Shown here: in pieces, positions 42,077 to 55,400 of the stretch
Layout of the letters: the number at the start of each line of letters is the position of its first letter
Position numbering within the stretch: the stretch's first letter is position 1
Origin: Daphnia carinata
Taxonomy: Eukaryota
DNA: 64,000 bases
NCBI RefSeq assembly: GCF_022539665.2
Contig: NC_081333.1
Coordinates: 6,634,001-6,698,000, forward strand
Reading direction: 5' to 3'
The notes under the pieces: generated by a model
Databases searched by the model: none
What the model was told of the DNA's origin: nothing
What the model saw: the letters and a program-made list of their open reading frames with translations, nothing else
Made by a program: the position numbers and the translations under genes

Positions 42077-45000
42077 CTAAGAGGGCATCACCGAGGAATT
42101 CGAGTATTTGATAGCAATCGGTCAATCTGTTGAGATAGTACGAGGCGTGGCTGAAGGCCTGTAACAGGTAGGAGCGGTCGTTAAACTTATAGCAGATCTT
42201 TTCTTCAAACGAATCAAATCCAGCTAACACGTGATCAAGCATAACACGAACATGTAATGGCTGATCAACCAAAGGTGAGACAGGTGAGACAGAGTCCAGT
42301 AGCCATACGAACCTTCTTCAAGGACAGGGAGCACCGTCAATCGAAGCTAGGATATGAAAAGCGGAGCCCCTCTTGGACCACAAGCTCTGAGGTAGGCTCC
42401 AATGAGCGCCTCTACACAATCGGCATACTTTTATCTAGTATGCTATGTTGCGTAAGTGGGTCATAAGGAACGAAGCGAGGAAAATCTTGGGCATGGTACA
42501 TATTTTCTTCGACTACCATGTCCTCGATTGACGGAATTTTGGCACCAAAACGCAACATGATCTGCTTCTATTTCTCTTGAACCAAGGCTTCCACTTGTTG
42601 CTTGGCATATGCTCCATTCCCTAGAGTGTCATTTAACGAAATCAATTTCTTTTTCACGAGTAACAAAGTGGTAGCAGAGTCAAATGAATTGTTAAAAATA
42701 CCTGAAGATCCACGCATATTCCAATAATTTCAATGGGATTGTGGATGAAATCAGTGCTTCTGCCAAGGCATCTGGGATTACGTAGCCAAGTGGCAACCAA
42801 TTTTCGTGCGGATTGAATTTCGTTGGTGCCATGCATCTACCGAAAAGTTTTTTCTTGCCCAGTTGATAAATGGGAGATTGTAAACCTGGCGCGAGTGCAG
42901 ACGATTGAGTTTCTCCTCATGAATAGTACTATATTTGCAGTACAAAAATAAGCAGTGATGGGGTGCTTTAAGAACGAATCGCCAATCGTTTCAGGTCGTT
43001 CTAAATTAATGCCATCATTGGCACTAGACATTGTAAATGCCTGTAGGATCACGCTCCGAGCCGGCCCCGGATGGCTGTCTAAACCTTGTTGTTCGTCAAA
43101 ACTGAAGGAGAAATCTAAACCAGGAACTGACATTTCTACCGTTGCTAATACAGATTCTTCTTTTTGGAGTCGATGGACTATGTTGGGGAATTGAGTGGAT
43201 GGATCAGAAGATGGATCACATTCGTCATGAATTTCATTTGTACACTGTGCCAGCAACAGGCAGGTAATAAGCTCTAGAATATGTGGGCTCTCCGATGCCA
43301 GTTGTCGATTTGTTTTGCCTGTTGTTGTACCAGAGATTTCGTGGGAGCTTTTCACATTTCCGAAATTTCTGCCAGACTGTCTGGATGGTCCATTACTCGA
43401 CGATGTAAAGGCGATACAATAGGGATCTCTTTGTCCACTGCCACGATGGATTCATCAACAATCACTGCTTTGTGTAATTGAGCAAATTTTCACATCAACG
43501 TTTCATCGGTTTTTCATGGTAAGCAAATCTGCGACCTGTTCATAAGGCTCTTCGGCGCCCATCTGACCTTCTTCTAATTCTTCCTCCTCTGAAGTTTTAT
43601 ATTTTTTTGCTTTTTGGTAATTGGGTTCTTCCATCGCTTTTGACGGCATGGAAAGACCTGATACAGTTTGCCGCATAGGAGACTTTATCAGTAGTTGTAA
43701 TGAGCAAACATACGCTACAGCCGAGCGTATTTCTCTGCTGCATCACTTCTCTGAAATAGTTCGGACCGTTTGTCCCATACAGATGGGTCAACGTAGTCTC
43801 GTTTACTGTTCGTATTTCCAAATAGGAATAAGGCGCGTGAATCAATCACTGGGCAACTTTGCGCAATATCTACAAATATTTATCTTTCCGAAAATTGCAG
43901 TCGTTTTAATTTTAAACCCATTTGCGTTATACCTGTTAATGATGGCGATGGCGTTTTATGAAGGCGCATAAGGTTTTGAAGCGTCACCAGAAGTGTACGG
44001 ATTCCCAATATTATTGGGCATATCTTCACTGTGATTGACGAACTCGGCCAAAGAGTTGTGATAGCCATTTTTACTTAGCAGAATTTGTTCAGTGGCATGG
44101 AAATGAGAGAAATTCACCAGAAATCAACTATGGGCTCCTTCTCGACCATCTGAATATAATGATTTTTTAGAGTGCGCTCGAGCCTTTGAACGAACAGACG
44201 CCCAGTAAATTTGTGGCAAATCGTACCGGATAACCAGATGGCACGCTGGAACCTCAATACTATCCTCTAGGATGCTCGTGGCTACGAGAATATTGCAATC
44301 CCGACTACGAAAAGGATTCATAACGTCTTCTTGCTTCCGATTTTCGCTTCCTCTTTTCCTTAACGGTCATGCCTTCAACCCGATCAACGGTATACAGAGG
44401 GTTAGATGCGCTAACTGATGGTCGCAGCGACTTACATCACAGACAACAATAAATTAAGATATTTAATCCAACAAGGATAATGTAACATCATCTTTTGATT
44501 ACCTTTAAAAGATCATAGAGTAGTTTGGGTGTGCTGCGCCTCTCAGTGAAAATCGTTCCACATAGCTGATAAGCGTCTTCTCGAATTCGGTGATGACGTG
44601 CAGCAAAATCAGGACACCTACACCGACTTTTGTGATCCGACTGAGTTGTTGGTCGACGCACAAATGACGGGCCATTCTCAGGTAACTCTACGGACTGTAA
44701 TGTTTCCATGGGCAAGTTTGGAACTTGATCAGCGCGATCGTCAGTATGAACTAATATGGTGGAATCGGTTAGCTCTGACGGGCCGTTGTTTCCGGGCAAT
44801 TTTGAAGTTATTGGCGGTCGATAAATACGGAGTATGTCCAAACGGCAAAGAACTTTAGGGTGCCTAAACTTTTCTATACGTTCATATTCGGAGTATCGCT
44901 AAAATTCTTCTTCGCACGATGACCTACAAAACGGAATATAAAGAATGAAAAATACTTTGATATCAGTACCATTAGAAAGCCAACCGCATTTCAGGTAAAA

Positions 45001-45976
45001 CTCTGAAGACCAAGCACAAAGGAATATCGTGTCTTTCATAAACTGCTTTGGTTTTCAATTGTTATTAAATGAATTAGGTAAACCAGAGCATCACGGTCTG
45101 CTCCCCAAGAACCTAAGATAACGAAAATAGTTCTGGGTTGCTACTGAGATAGGGGTACAGTCTTTCGATAAAGAATTGGCTTGCATATGTTATTCACACC
45201 TGATGCAGTTCGTCCTAGGATTCTGGATGTAGACTATTGGCTGACTTTTCATATAAAGCCAATATTTTTTTTTCAAAGCTCCGTCATTCATAACATTATG
45301 GCAGTCATCCAATATCAAAAATTAAGCTTGGCTTGTTCAATTCAAGGAAGTTTTTCTGGATAGCTCAAAGGAAAACCACATAATCATAACAAGCACTTGG
45401 CTTTCTCCTAACTCATCTTTCCCTCTAGAAAAAGAACAACAGATGTTGTATCAAATATTTTCAAAATACTCATGTACTTAGACATACCTCTGGCAACTCC
45501 ATGGTATTACACCTTTTTTCTCATAAAAAATTCCCACCATGAAAGGAGTTGTGATGATGTAAGTAGGCAGATTGCTGAAGTGCCAATTTAACTGCTGGCA
45601 TAAGGTATACTGAGGAAAAACCTCTCGAGTTGTTGTGGTGAACTGATTAAATAGATCATCAGATAGATACCTTAGAATACTGAGAATAATAGAAAAACAT
45701 ACCTGCAAACTTCAAAAGCTTTTGCACCAATTAACATTACAGCAACAAACATTTCCTCCAAATCTGCTTTTAAACATGCAATGGTGATTTTGGATTTAGC
45801 AGATTCGAAATGTTCCACCTACAAAATTATGGAAGACAATTATAAATTTTAGAAAAATTGACAGGCAACTATGATTGAACTGTGGTTTAACAGAAGAAAA
45901 ACTATTTTTTAAGGATAGAAAAATCGAAAACCTCAGCATCTCTTGGTGTAAAAGTGTCACCTATTGATAAATCCAT
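42077..45976 (-). pseudogene. Dcr-1: Unprocessed Dicer-1 pseudogene, internally deleted and 3'-truncated
   Basis: Start MDLSIGDTFTPR at 45976; helicase-C CNILVATSILEDSIEVPACHLVIRYDLP; DUF283 NAIAIINRYCAKLPSD*FTRL (TGA 43842-43844); RNase IIIa [23 protein letters not shown] and EALIGAYL...FIS*L (TAG 42347-42349); RNase IIIb start [18 protein letters not shown]...[10 protein letters not shown]. Multiple stops and frameshifts; introns retained. Confidence 0.9.
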
Positions 45977-46350
45977 CGTTAATGGTAACATTCCTGTGTG
46001 TCATGAGGTGAAATAACAAAAGCTTTCAACTAACGTAGTGTGGGAGAGAAGCGAACCACTACGTTAAAAAGCTTTTGTTTACGTCTTTCGGCATGGGCTC
46101 TTGCGTTATATAGACAAGAAGGGTTGGCGCTATTTAAACGAAAATTTCTTTGCACCTCTTCGGCCTTTAAAGACGAGGCTTGGGCCCATGTCGATCGGGT
46201 GGCTTTTGGGCCGATCAAATGTCGCTTTGGGTTTTGGGGTGCCGTTTTTTCTGTTTAAAGGCATTTAGGTCGGCTTGCGGGTCTCACCTAGTACTAAAAG
46301 AAAAAGAAAACAATAGCAGACGAATATCTAGTTCACAATACCCTTGGAAA

Positions 46351-46366
46351 GTGCCACCTGGTGGCC
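46351..46366 (-). promoter_or_regulatory. CTCF-like motif (GGCCACCAGGTGGCAC on minus strand)
   Basis: Matches the CCASYAGRKGGC core; lies upstream of the Dicer pseudogene start. Motif match only. Confidence 0.4.
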
Positions 46367-46686
46367 GAAAATACGGAACTTCCCAAACATTATCGTAACA
46401 TGACGACTGCGTTTCCGCTATTAGGAGGACCGAAGGCTACGATACCCCGATCTCGTGCCGTGGCGGCGATATCCGAAGACAGCAAACTAGAAAAAGCGCG
46501 ATTCCTGCCGTCTTAACGGGAAGTATTAGCCGTATTTTTTTAAGTAGACTAAATTCCAATGAGCCATTTTTAAAAAACTTTTTTTTCTTTTTCCCAAGGT
46601 ATGGGCCTAGGCCGCAGCATTAATGCTGCGGCAATGAGGCTAGTCTCGAGGCGAACCTGTGCGCTTCAGGTGAGACTGGCTGCAGC

Positions 46687-46935
46687 ATGCCCAACCCAGG
46701 TTTTGGGGCTAAATCAGTGGCTAAGCGTAAGAGGACGGAGGATAGCTCAGCAACTCTCCCTGCCCAGAAACGACTCCAGGATGGAAATTCCGAAAATTTG
46801 ATGCGCCAAATACCATCTCTCGAAAGGCCTAATACCTGAAAGGCTAAGCGCAAGCGGGAAGAAGATGCTCCAGCAACTCTTCCTGACGGGAAACGTTCAA
46901 GGTTATTAAATTCCCCTTTGATTACCCTTAATTAG
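46687..46935 (+). pseudogene. Small ORF or relic with two in-frame bipartite-NLS-like repeats separated by a TGA
   Basis: MPNPGFGAKSVAKRKRTEDSSATLPAQKRLQ...PNT*KAKRKREEDAPATLPDGKRSRLLNS; 123-nt repeat period. Confidence 0.4.
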
Positions 46936-47600
46936 TAGAAGCGTGTATTTCCAAAATTCTGTGCATGTCTGTGTGAATGAGTGTGTGAAAATGTGTAAAC
47001 CTTTGGTATATATAATCTAGTCAAAATTGCTTGTTGTGCATGTGTGTATGTATGTGCGTGTAAGTGAGAATGAATGTCGTTTGTATGTGTCACACTTTGG
47101 TTGGAGTTCTAAAATGCACTGCTTTAAACACGTTAGCAAAATTGTCTTGTGTTTCCATGCTGTAGGGCGGGGAAGGGGCATTATGAAGGCAGTACTTTAG
47201 GAAAACAAAAAAAACGAATTGCTAGTCTGTTCCACTAACATCAGTCCGACAAACAAATGCAAAACTAAAGCGGTCTTTAAAACAAGTGGAAAACCATCTT
47301 CATAAAATATTCACTGAGATAAACCTTTAGCACACATGAAAACTGTATATTTGTTTTTCAAGCATTATGGGCTTTTAATCTTGATTGTAAGGTTTGACAT
47401 TATCACTAATAGTTGGTCGGAGGGATTGACTGCTATAACAACTCGCAATCGATAATATAGCCAAACAATGTTACTCAGTTTTATCAGAGTTTTCAAATAG
47501 GTCAGTTTAGTTTGGCTAGCCAGTTCGTATGTTACAGCGCCTTGTGCTTCTCAGGTTGGTATTCCTTTCAAAGTCTATGTGAAGTTGTATATGACGGCTA

Positions 47601-48684
47601 ATGAAGAAAGCGCTAGTTCAAGTAGCGCATCAGAAAAGAGTTTTCAAACCGGCAGCGACGATGAGGCCGGCCAGACGGGAAAATTCCGTGACTGTTGTTC
47701 GGTTGAAACAGGGCCATGGCGAAGACAATTCGCGGTCTTGCTGGAATAAGCAAAAACAGGAAATTTTTCGCAAAAAAACAGTGTACATGCGGGTCCCAAT
47801 ATTGAAATGGCTTCCCAAATAGTGTGCACAAGATTTTGTAGCGGACCTTGTGGCCGGAATCACCGTCGGAGTAACAGTAATTCTACAAGGATTAGCATAC
47901 GCTACCGTGCTGGACTCCCTCCTGAGGCATTCATTCATCGAAGTACAGTTGTTGATCAATGCTAAATCTTTATTTATTTAGTTTTCATTTGTATGGTCTG
48001 TACGCATCTTATGTGGGATGCTTCCTTTCTCTCCTATTCGGCAGTACGCCTGTGGTCACTATGGGGACAACGGCCCTTATGTCACTCGTCACTTACGATT
48101 CCGTGGCTGCACTGATGGGACCTGAAGCAGCTATCCTTCTCGCATTCCTCACCGGTTGCATTGTTCTTCTCTTCGGCCTGCTCAGTTTCGGTAAGGATCG
48201 GTATGTGTAATTGAAAGCTGTTTAGAATTAATAACGAAAAGTTGTTAACTATTTGCAGGTTTCTTGATTGACTTTATCGCAGCTGAAGTCGTGGACGGAT
48301 TCACGATCATTGCCGCCTTCGCGATAGCTGCAACACAAATTGAAGCCCTTTTCGGCCTCACATTTGATGACGAAGGGTTCCTCAATACGTGCACAGCGGT
48401 ATTTGAACACATTGAGGAAACTAAAAAATAGGATGCTGTTTTGGGTTTTGCCTCCATCGCTATTTTGCTTCTACTTTGGGTATAAGCGTTGCGGAAGATA
48501 CTTCAACCTCTTGACTCACATCTTTTTTTCCGTAAGATAGGTTCTTGATCAAGTCAAATTGAGTGAAGAAGGGGAAAGAAGGCGATGGCAAAATTGGGTC
48601 AACACGACATGTTGGCTGATTTCGGTCTCGCTCAACGCTATCGTCATCATGGCCGCTTCCATTTTGGCTTACGCCCTGAGCTAA
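47601..48684 (+). pseudogene. SLC26A11-like (sodium-independent sulfate anion transporter) pseudogene, 3'-truncated
   Basis: RVPILKWLPK*CAQDFVADLVAGITVGVTVILQGLAYA, frameshift, then AGLPPE; YGLYASYVGCF; FLIDFIAAEVVDGFT. Stops at 47820-47822 and 48429-48431. Similarity ends near 48681; no STAS domain seen. Introns retained. Confidence 0.88.
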
Positions 48685-49082
48685 CTCTTGATCGCGATCC
48701 CGATCAAAAAATTGGTCGCCGATCCCATCATTTGAGATCCCGGAATCAGGAAGTGATGTGAATCTGAATTGAAACCCAAACGATTACTGCGTTTATGAAA
48801 AACTGATAATCTAACAAAATGCATCTTGACTACAACGATAAAATTCACGAAAATATCCCCGACGGATGCAGGACTCATGCCATAAGACTGAAAGCATTCT
48901 TTTACTTGGAATTTACATAATTTTAGCACAATTCTGTGTGTGAAAATGTCTATCTCAGCTCATCCAGAGTTATAACTGTATGCTCATAATGCTACCAGTG
49001 CGTGATGCTGTGTGGTAATACAACGAAACTCGGGGAAATCGACCTTACAATAGAGTGTGGAATTTGTATTGAACTAAATGTG

Positions 49083-51674
49083 CTAGCACCAAGAACTTTC
49101 CAAAAGGCATTTGCCGTGAAACCATTGATGCATCAATTGATTGATCTCGGTTAGACCTTCTACATTCACACCGTGTTCAATTTCTTCTGGCAGCTAGGAA
49201 GTAATAGATAATTAAATGTTAATATTCAATCCGCATTTAGCATAACTTTCTATGTGTAGCGCTAATTACCAGTGATGGCGGAACAATTCGGCGGCACAGG
49301 TGTCGACGCGTATGCTCCCTGAAAGCCTCAATCAAAACGGATTTTAACGAATCAGTTAAACAAGGCTTGCAAAGTTTACATTCCAGTCTGGAACAATCAG
49401 CACAACGGGCAGCCAAGCATCGCTCTGGAAACACGGCCAAATCTTTATGAGCTACTTCAGGCTGTGACAGCAGCTCATCGTAATGTCTGTATGTCGTGAC
49501 AAGTTTGAAAAAATAAAATAAAAAACAGCAAAACCAATTTTACGAGGACCACTGTACCCGACTGAAGTTTTGCCTCCTGAAGGAATAATACCGATTAGTT
49601 TCAATACATTGAAGATAACTTGCTCGTAGAGCAGCCTGTTGGGCGGGAAGTGCTGCGAAGATAAATTTGGAGACATGTTTGCCTACAACACATTCTGCCT
49701 TAGCAAATCACTCGCTTAGAAATGAAGGTCTAGAATTCTTACCTCCATTATAAAAACATTAAGATCTTCGTCGACAACGAAATCCACCCTCATCATTTCA
49801 AAGAAGTTGCGTGAGGAGGCAAATTTCGCCGAAGCCGATACCAACGATAACTCTCGTCTCAACAGCATGCTCCGAAGTGCCTCATCAATTTGATGCCAAA
49901 TGATTTTGGGGTCTTTGCCTTTATAAAAACAAAAAGATCAGCCACTGCACATTATTTTAAAAAGAAATCATAACCTATGCGTACCTGTGCTATGAAGGTA
50001 GGCATTAAAGGATTCCTTCATTCCAAATCCTAAGTTCGCATAATAGGGTTTTAACGAAGAAATGTTCCATATTGGTAAGTAGTCGTCTCCAATCACGTAC
50101 TTATCCACCTTACTTTCATCAAAGGGATGATATTTTTCAGGGCAAAATCTGTCGTGGAATGCATCGCAAATAAGTTGTTGTTATAAGTTTAAATTCAGGC
50201 TAAACATACTGTGGTATGTTTCCTGAGCGAAGATGGAGGTTTGGGAATTAATTTACCGGAATAGAATATCACCGTTATACGAGTAAACTCTAAGCGGCTC
50301 AATGGACGAAATGATGATGTAAACGCCAATGTCGAATTTATGGCCATCTGTTGATTATCCGATGATTAGAATTTATTCAGTTAATTGTATTCGGTTGGTT
50401 TCTAGGAAAGTACCTATCAGGAGTGGTTTGCGGACGTACTCCTGAACGAACGTTCCTGGCGTTTTCAAATCAAGCTTAGCCAGTGGCTGAATTTTGATAC
50501 CTCGATGATTGTTGCTTTTTTGGACAAATAAACTTTCCGGTTTTTTTTTCGCCTAGATCAGTTAAAACACGATTATTGATGTATTCCATTTTAATAGCAT
50601 CCTTCTATCATCGTTGGCACTATATGCACAGTAAGTCTATATATCTTTTGAATTCCCAAGCAAGAAGGTTTGGACATTTTGTTTATCAATCAGAACGTAG
50701 GTTATTACGTATATAAGTGTGATAGAAAAAATTCGTCAGCAATGACGAGATACCCACGTAAGAAATTAGTTCCGCTTTCTGTTCGGGGATCTTGAAAGCC
50801 ACCGGAACGTGCGGCAAGCCCGACGTAGCCAAATTAACTTTGTTTGTGATAAATCCCGAGCCAGGAAAATGGTTGACCTAGGTACACAATAAAACATTTT
50901 AGCAGTTGTCAGAAGTAACGAACATATAAAATATAGATATAGAATGGCTACGAATTCGTCTCACATTGCGACCGCCATTCTAGTCTATAAAATTTAAATT
51001 TCGTTGCTTGAGCGTAGTCTAACTAAAAACCATATTTCAAATAAATTCAATAAGCAAGTAAAGAAGATTACGCTTATACAGTAACCAAATAGTGTAAACA
51101 TCAAAGAACGTTTGAAAGTTTACTATCATGTTTTCTTCTAAGACATAAACTTATATTTTTGTTTTCACCTTTTGATGCTGCTGGAGATTCATTAGGTGAT
51201 CCTTCAAGACCCTAAATGGGTACTCATAAGACCTGTAAAAAGAGATGCCAAAGGCTAATTAGTGAGGGGAAAAGCTTATTGTATTATGCATTATGGGGAA
51301 TATGCATTTCCTGCCTTACCATAAAACATCCCAGTTAGATGAAATGCTCCCGCGAATATAACCGGCTCTTTCCAGTAAGGTAAAAACATGTTCCAGGTAT
51401 CCTGATTCCAACTATTGACATTTAAAAAACATTTTGTAGATGACATTTCTACATTTTCATTGCACTGCAAGCGCCTGTACAACCAAAATACCAATATTTT
51501 ATGGAGTACCTTCCTTCCAAATGCGGCGTAGACTAGAGGTCGGGAGTCGTTTTGCAATAGCACTACGTCGGGGCAATCTCGTTTTGAATCCAAAGAGACG
51601 ACGTTCCACATATTGAAGATGAAAAACAATAGCCCTAGGATACACGTCAACAGGACTGCCGTTTTCTTTCTCAT
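49083..51674 (-). CDS. Tubulin-tyrosine-ligase-like ATP-grasp ligase, TTLL15-like, with N-terminal signal anchor
   Basis: Intact spliced frame: WDVLWSYEYPF, QKVNHFPGSGFITNK, FVQKSNNHRGI, FVQEYVRKPLLIDGHKFDIGVY, FFEMMRVDFVVDEDLNVFIMEANMSPNL, ending WFHGKCLLESSWC* (TAG 49083-49085). The subfamily label is from recall, not from a search. Confidence 0.88.
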
Positions 51675-52407
51675 GATGGAGAAAGCCCACAGCATAAGAC
51701 GGCTCTTATTGAATAATGAGCCATTTTTGTGCAATTAATATCAGGAACTGCATTACGTAATCGCAAAGTGCGTTATCCTTCAAGCAGAGTATTTCACTAG
51801 AATTCACCCAAGCTAGCTTACCAAAAACATGTTGATCAATTCGGGAAAAAATTTATAGTTGAGTGACAAAGTTCTCCCAACATGGTATCTATGAAAATTC
51901 TTTGACAGAAACACGAAGAAAACACCTAAAAGACGTATGGAAAACACGAAGAAACAAACGAAGTATACCGGCACTACGCAAATCCGTCTTGAAAAGACTA
52001 CACGGAGTAGTAGACTGGTGTTGGCAGCAGAAAAAGAAAGCCCGTGGCAGTCAGGTATTTCAGATGCCCAGGGGCTTTTCTATCCCCCCGCCCCCCGTCC
52101 CCCAAAGGTAGGTTACTTCCTTCTGGTATTGTGAGCTTCCTTCTAGTATCTGATTGTGGCCACACTGGCATCGAAGCCGTGACAAATAGACATTCATATT
52201 TGAACAATAGAGGCAAAATTGTTTCAGTTGACAAATCGCATGTATTTCAGAAAGTGGGTCTTTCGACCAAAAAGAAACAAAGTTCGAACAAATCGTCTGT
52301 AGTTATTACATTATAAGCTTCTTTGTTTCTTTTTTGCACGACCTTCCGTTAGAGGAATGAACGGGCCCAACGGAGGCAAATGAAAAAAAAATCAAGTAGG
52401 AGGCAAT

Positions 52408-55400
52408 CTATATTTTGAGATTGACACTCCATTCGTTAGAAACCGAGAAATTCGGTTTCCTGAGAACTAATGTCTGGCTGGTTGCATCATAGCGATACTC
52501 CAAAATTCTGCCGGTATTATCTACTATGCTTGACGGTGCTCGACTCAGTCCAACAATCACGATTTTTTCAATTGATTCGGGGGTTTCAAAAGCACCTTGA
52601 TTTGTAACTCTGTAGGTGAAACGCCAAATAATAGTGACTTATTTGTAAAGATACTGATATGTGATTTAAGGTACTTGGATGAAAGAGTGTGGCCTTCCAT
52701 GTTCAATTCCAGTATAATGTAGCTTCCTTTTTGATACTCTAGAGACTGACCGTCGTCAATATAAAGCCGACCGTGAGCTTTACCCTGCATTCCAAGAAGA
52801 AAATTGAGTATATGCAAGGTATTACTAATGGCACGGACTATTTGATAAGATTTTTCGTTCACCTGTTTGTCCAAAGTCACAATGAAGGTATAGGGATCTT
52901 TTGTCATCAAAGAAGATGCTCTTCGAGCACGCTCCTTCTTAGGAACAATGGTACCGCCTCGCTGAAATATAGGGATCTACCAAACCGAAATACATATTGT
53001 TTAAGGCGATCCAAATGTAATTACCCGAGAAAGCGAATACCTTTTCAATTGTAACAGGAATCATCTGGTAGCCAGGGGCTTCATAAGCTTTGAAGGTTTC
53101 AATTTCATACCAAAGTGTATCTACTCCAGGGAAATAAACGCTTACTTCTTGTTCTCCTGACCGGACCACCGGGTGCACTAAAATCGAGTCGCCTACAATA
53201 AATGACAAATAATTGTTTAATGCAATTATGGATTCGTACAGAAAAAAAAACGAGGGTTTGCGGAGTTTACCCAAAAGGTATTGGTTGTCTATGGAAAACG
53301 TTTCTCCGTCTTGTGGATACTCCATCCAGAGTGGGCGCATGGGTGGAGCAGCGGTTTTTTCATGCTCGTAGAACAAAGTATACCAATATGGTAGGTATGT
53401 ATAACGTTTCTTAATGCTGGCCTTGATTAGTTTGTTGGTCTGTTCGTCAAAAAGCCAAGGTTCGCGACGTTTGGTATGAAGGTGGGCATGACCACGAAAA
53501 AATGGCTGAAAAGCACCAGCCTGATACCACCGGGCTAGTAATTCCGAGTCTGGGTTGTTAAAGAAACCTCCCACATCCGCTCCGCAAAAAGGAATCCCAG
53601 AAACAGAAAGACTGAGAAGCATGGGCACAGATATGGCTAAATGCTCCCAGTCGGCGATGTTATCACCAGTCCAAACAGCCCCGAATCGTTGACTACCAGC
53701 GAAAAATGAGCGCGAAAGTACAAACGGACGTAATTTGTAGTCGGATCGCATAAGTTGGCCACGAATAGTGCCTTCCACCTACAATGCCAGAGGGATTTTA
53801 TAATGTGTTACACTAAACATATGCATTAAAATACGAACATACCACCATCATGCCGTACATATTGTGGACATCGCGATGTTCATATCCGCCATAATGTAAA
53901 CAATCTTTAGGCATGGTAACCTCTGGTCCGTTGAAAACGGACGGTTCATTCATGTCATTCCATGTGTAGACGTCCAATGACGTACCTATTATGTCCGTAC
54001 GTTTCATGTTCAATACGTGTCGCATATTGTTAAATTCTGGCAAATTCACTTGTTTACCTTCATATTTATCGAGAGCAAATCGAGAGGCCCAATAGTCTCT
54101 AACAGCTGGGTTGAAAAAATCGGGATAACTGGCTGAGCCTGGCCAACACCAACCTTCATATATCTTTCCGTTTTTATCCTTAACGTAGAAATCGTTTTGT
54201 TCGCAGTGTTCATGAAAAAAATAGGATGAATCGCGTTTCATGTGCGGATCGACAATAGTGACCAGCTTACGACCTTTCGCCGTCAAGTTGTGTACCATTT
54301 CTGATGGATCCGGAAACTTTACCGGGTCCCATGTGAAATATCTAGAAACCGAACAAACGTGAAAATAATCTTACATGATAACAGCTTTCTTTGTGAAGCC
54401 TCCTTGGTAGCTAGCCGAAACGAAAAAGCATACCATAGACAACCTTCAAAAATAACGAGACTTACTTTTTGTTATCGGTGTGCTCGATATCAAGCCAGAG
54501 AACATCATACGGAATATCATACAGATCGAATCCTTTATTCACGCTGTGTACATCCTCTTGGTCGTTGTAGTTCCAACGGCATTGGTGATAACCCAGCGCG
54601 AACCGCTGAGGTAGAGGTGTCTTGCCAGTTAATGTACCATATTGGCGCACCACGTCTTTCGGTGTAGGTCCGATCATGATATAGAGATCAATGATTCCGC
54701 TCTCCGAAAACCAGTGTGTTTGTTGATGTGGCTCATTGCCTCCACCCGATACAAGATTCATAAGGGAAGATACCACACTTCCAGAAGATGACTCCTCGAT
54801 GTCGACATAGGTTTCAGCTGCATTGTTCCAAAAAATTCCCACAGTACCCTGTTGCCTAAACGACGCATCACAAGGAGAACAAAAACAACAACAGTAGTCA
54901 TAAGTTATCATACATTGTACTATAATAGAAATACCTTTTAGCCATCATGAAAGGCACAGCTCCGTACAAAGCCATAGGATTGTACAGCTCGTACTCAAAA
55001 ACGTCAGTGTTGTAAAGGCGATATGGATCACCATTTCTTTTTTAGGAAAAAAAAATGTCATTCTCATTTGCAAGGTAAAAAAAAAATTTAATCACCCACT
55101 TGGTCTGCTTTAACGCGAAAGTATCTGCATGCTCCGGAATACCATACACGTGTCTTGAGCCCGGAAAAGATATATCTACGCCAACCGAAGTGGGGCCATA
55201 GGGTTTTGAATCGACGTGTGACTTGAATGTTTCTTCCCACAAACCAGGCTCTTCCTCTCCTTCCACGGGTTTTTCGTCTGGATGCTTTTCTTCGGCTTCC
55301 GCCTTCGTCTCTCCTTCTGTAGGTTCGAACGAAGGTTCCTCGTTTCCAGCAGCCTCACTAGTAGAAAAGTAAGTTACATTTTACAATAGCATTCTACTAA

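Noticed and set aside
51752..51761. Palindrome ATTACGTAAT (PAR-bZIP-like site)
   Set aside because: A single short motif with no supporting context.
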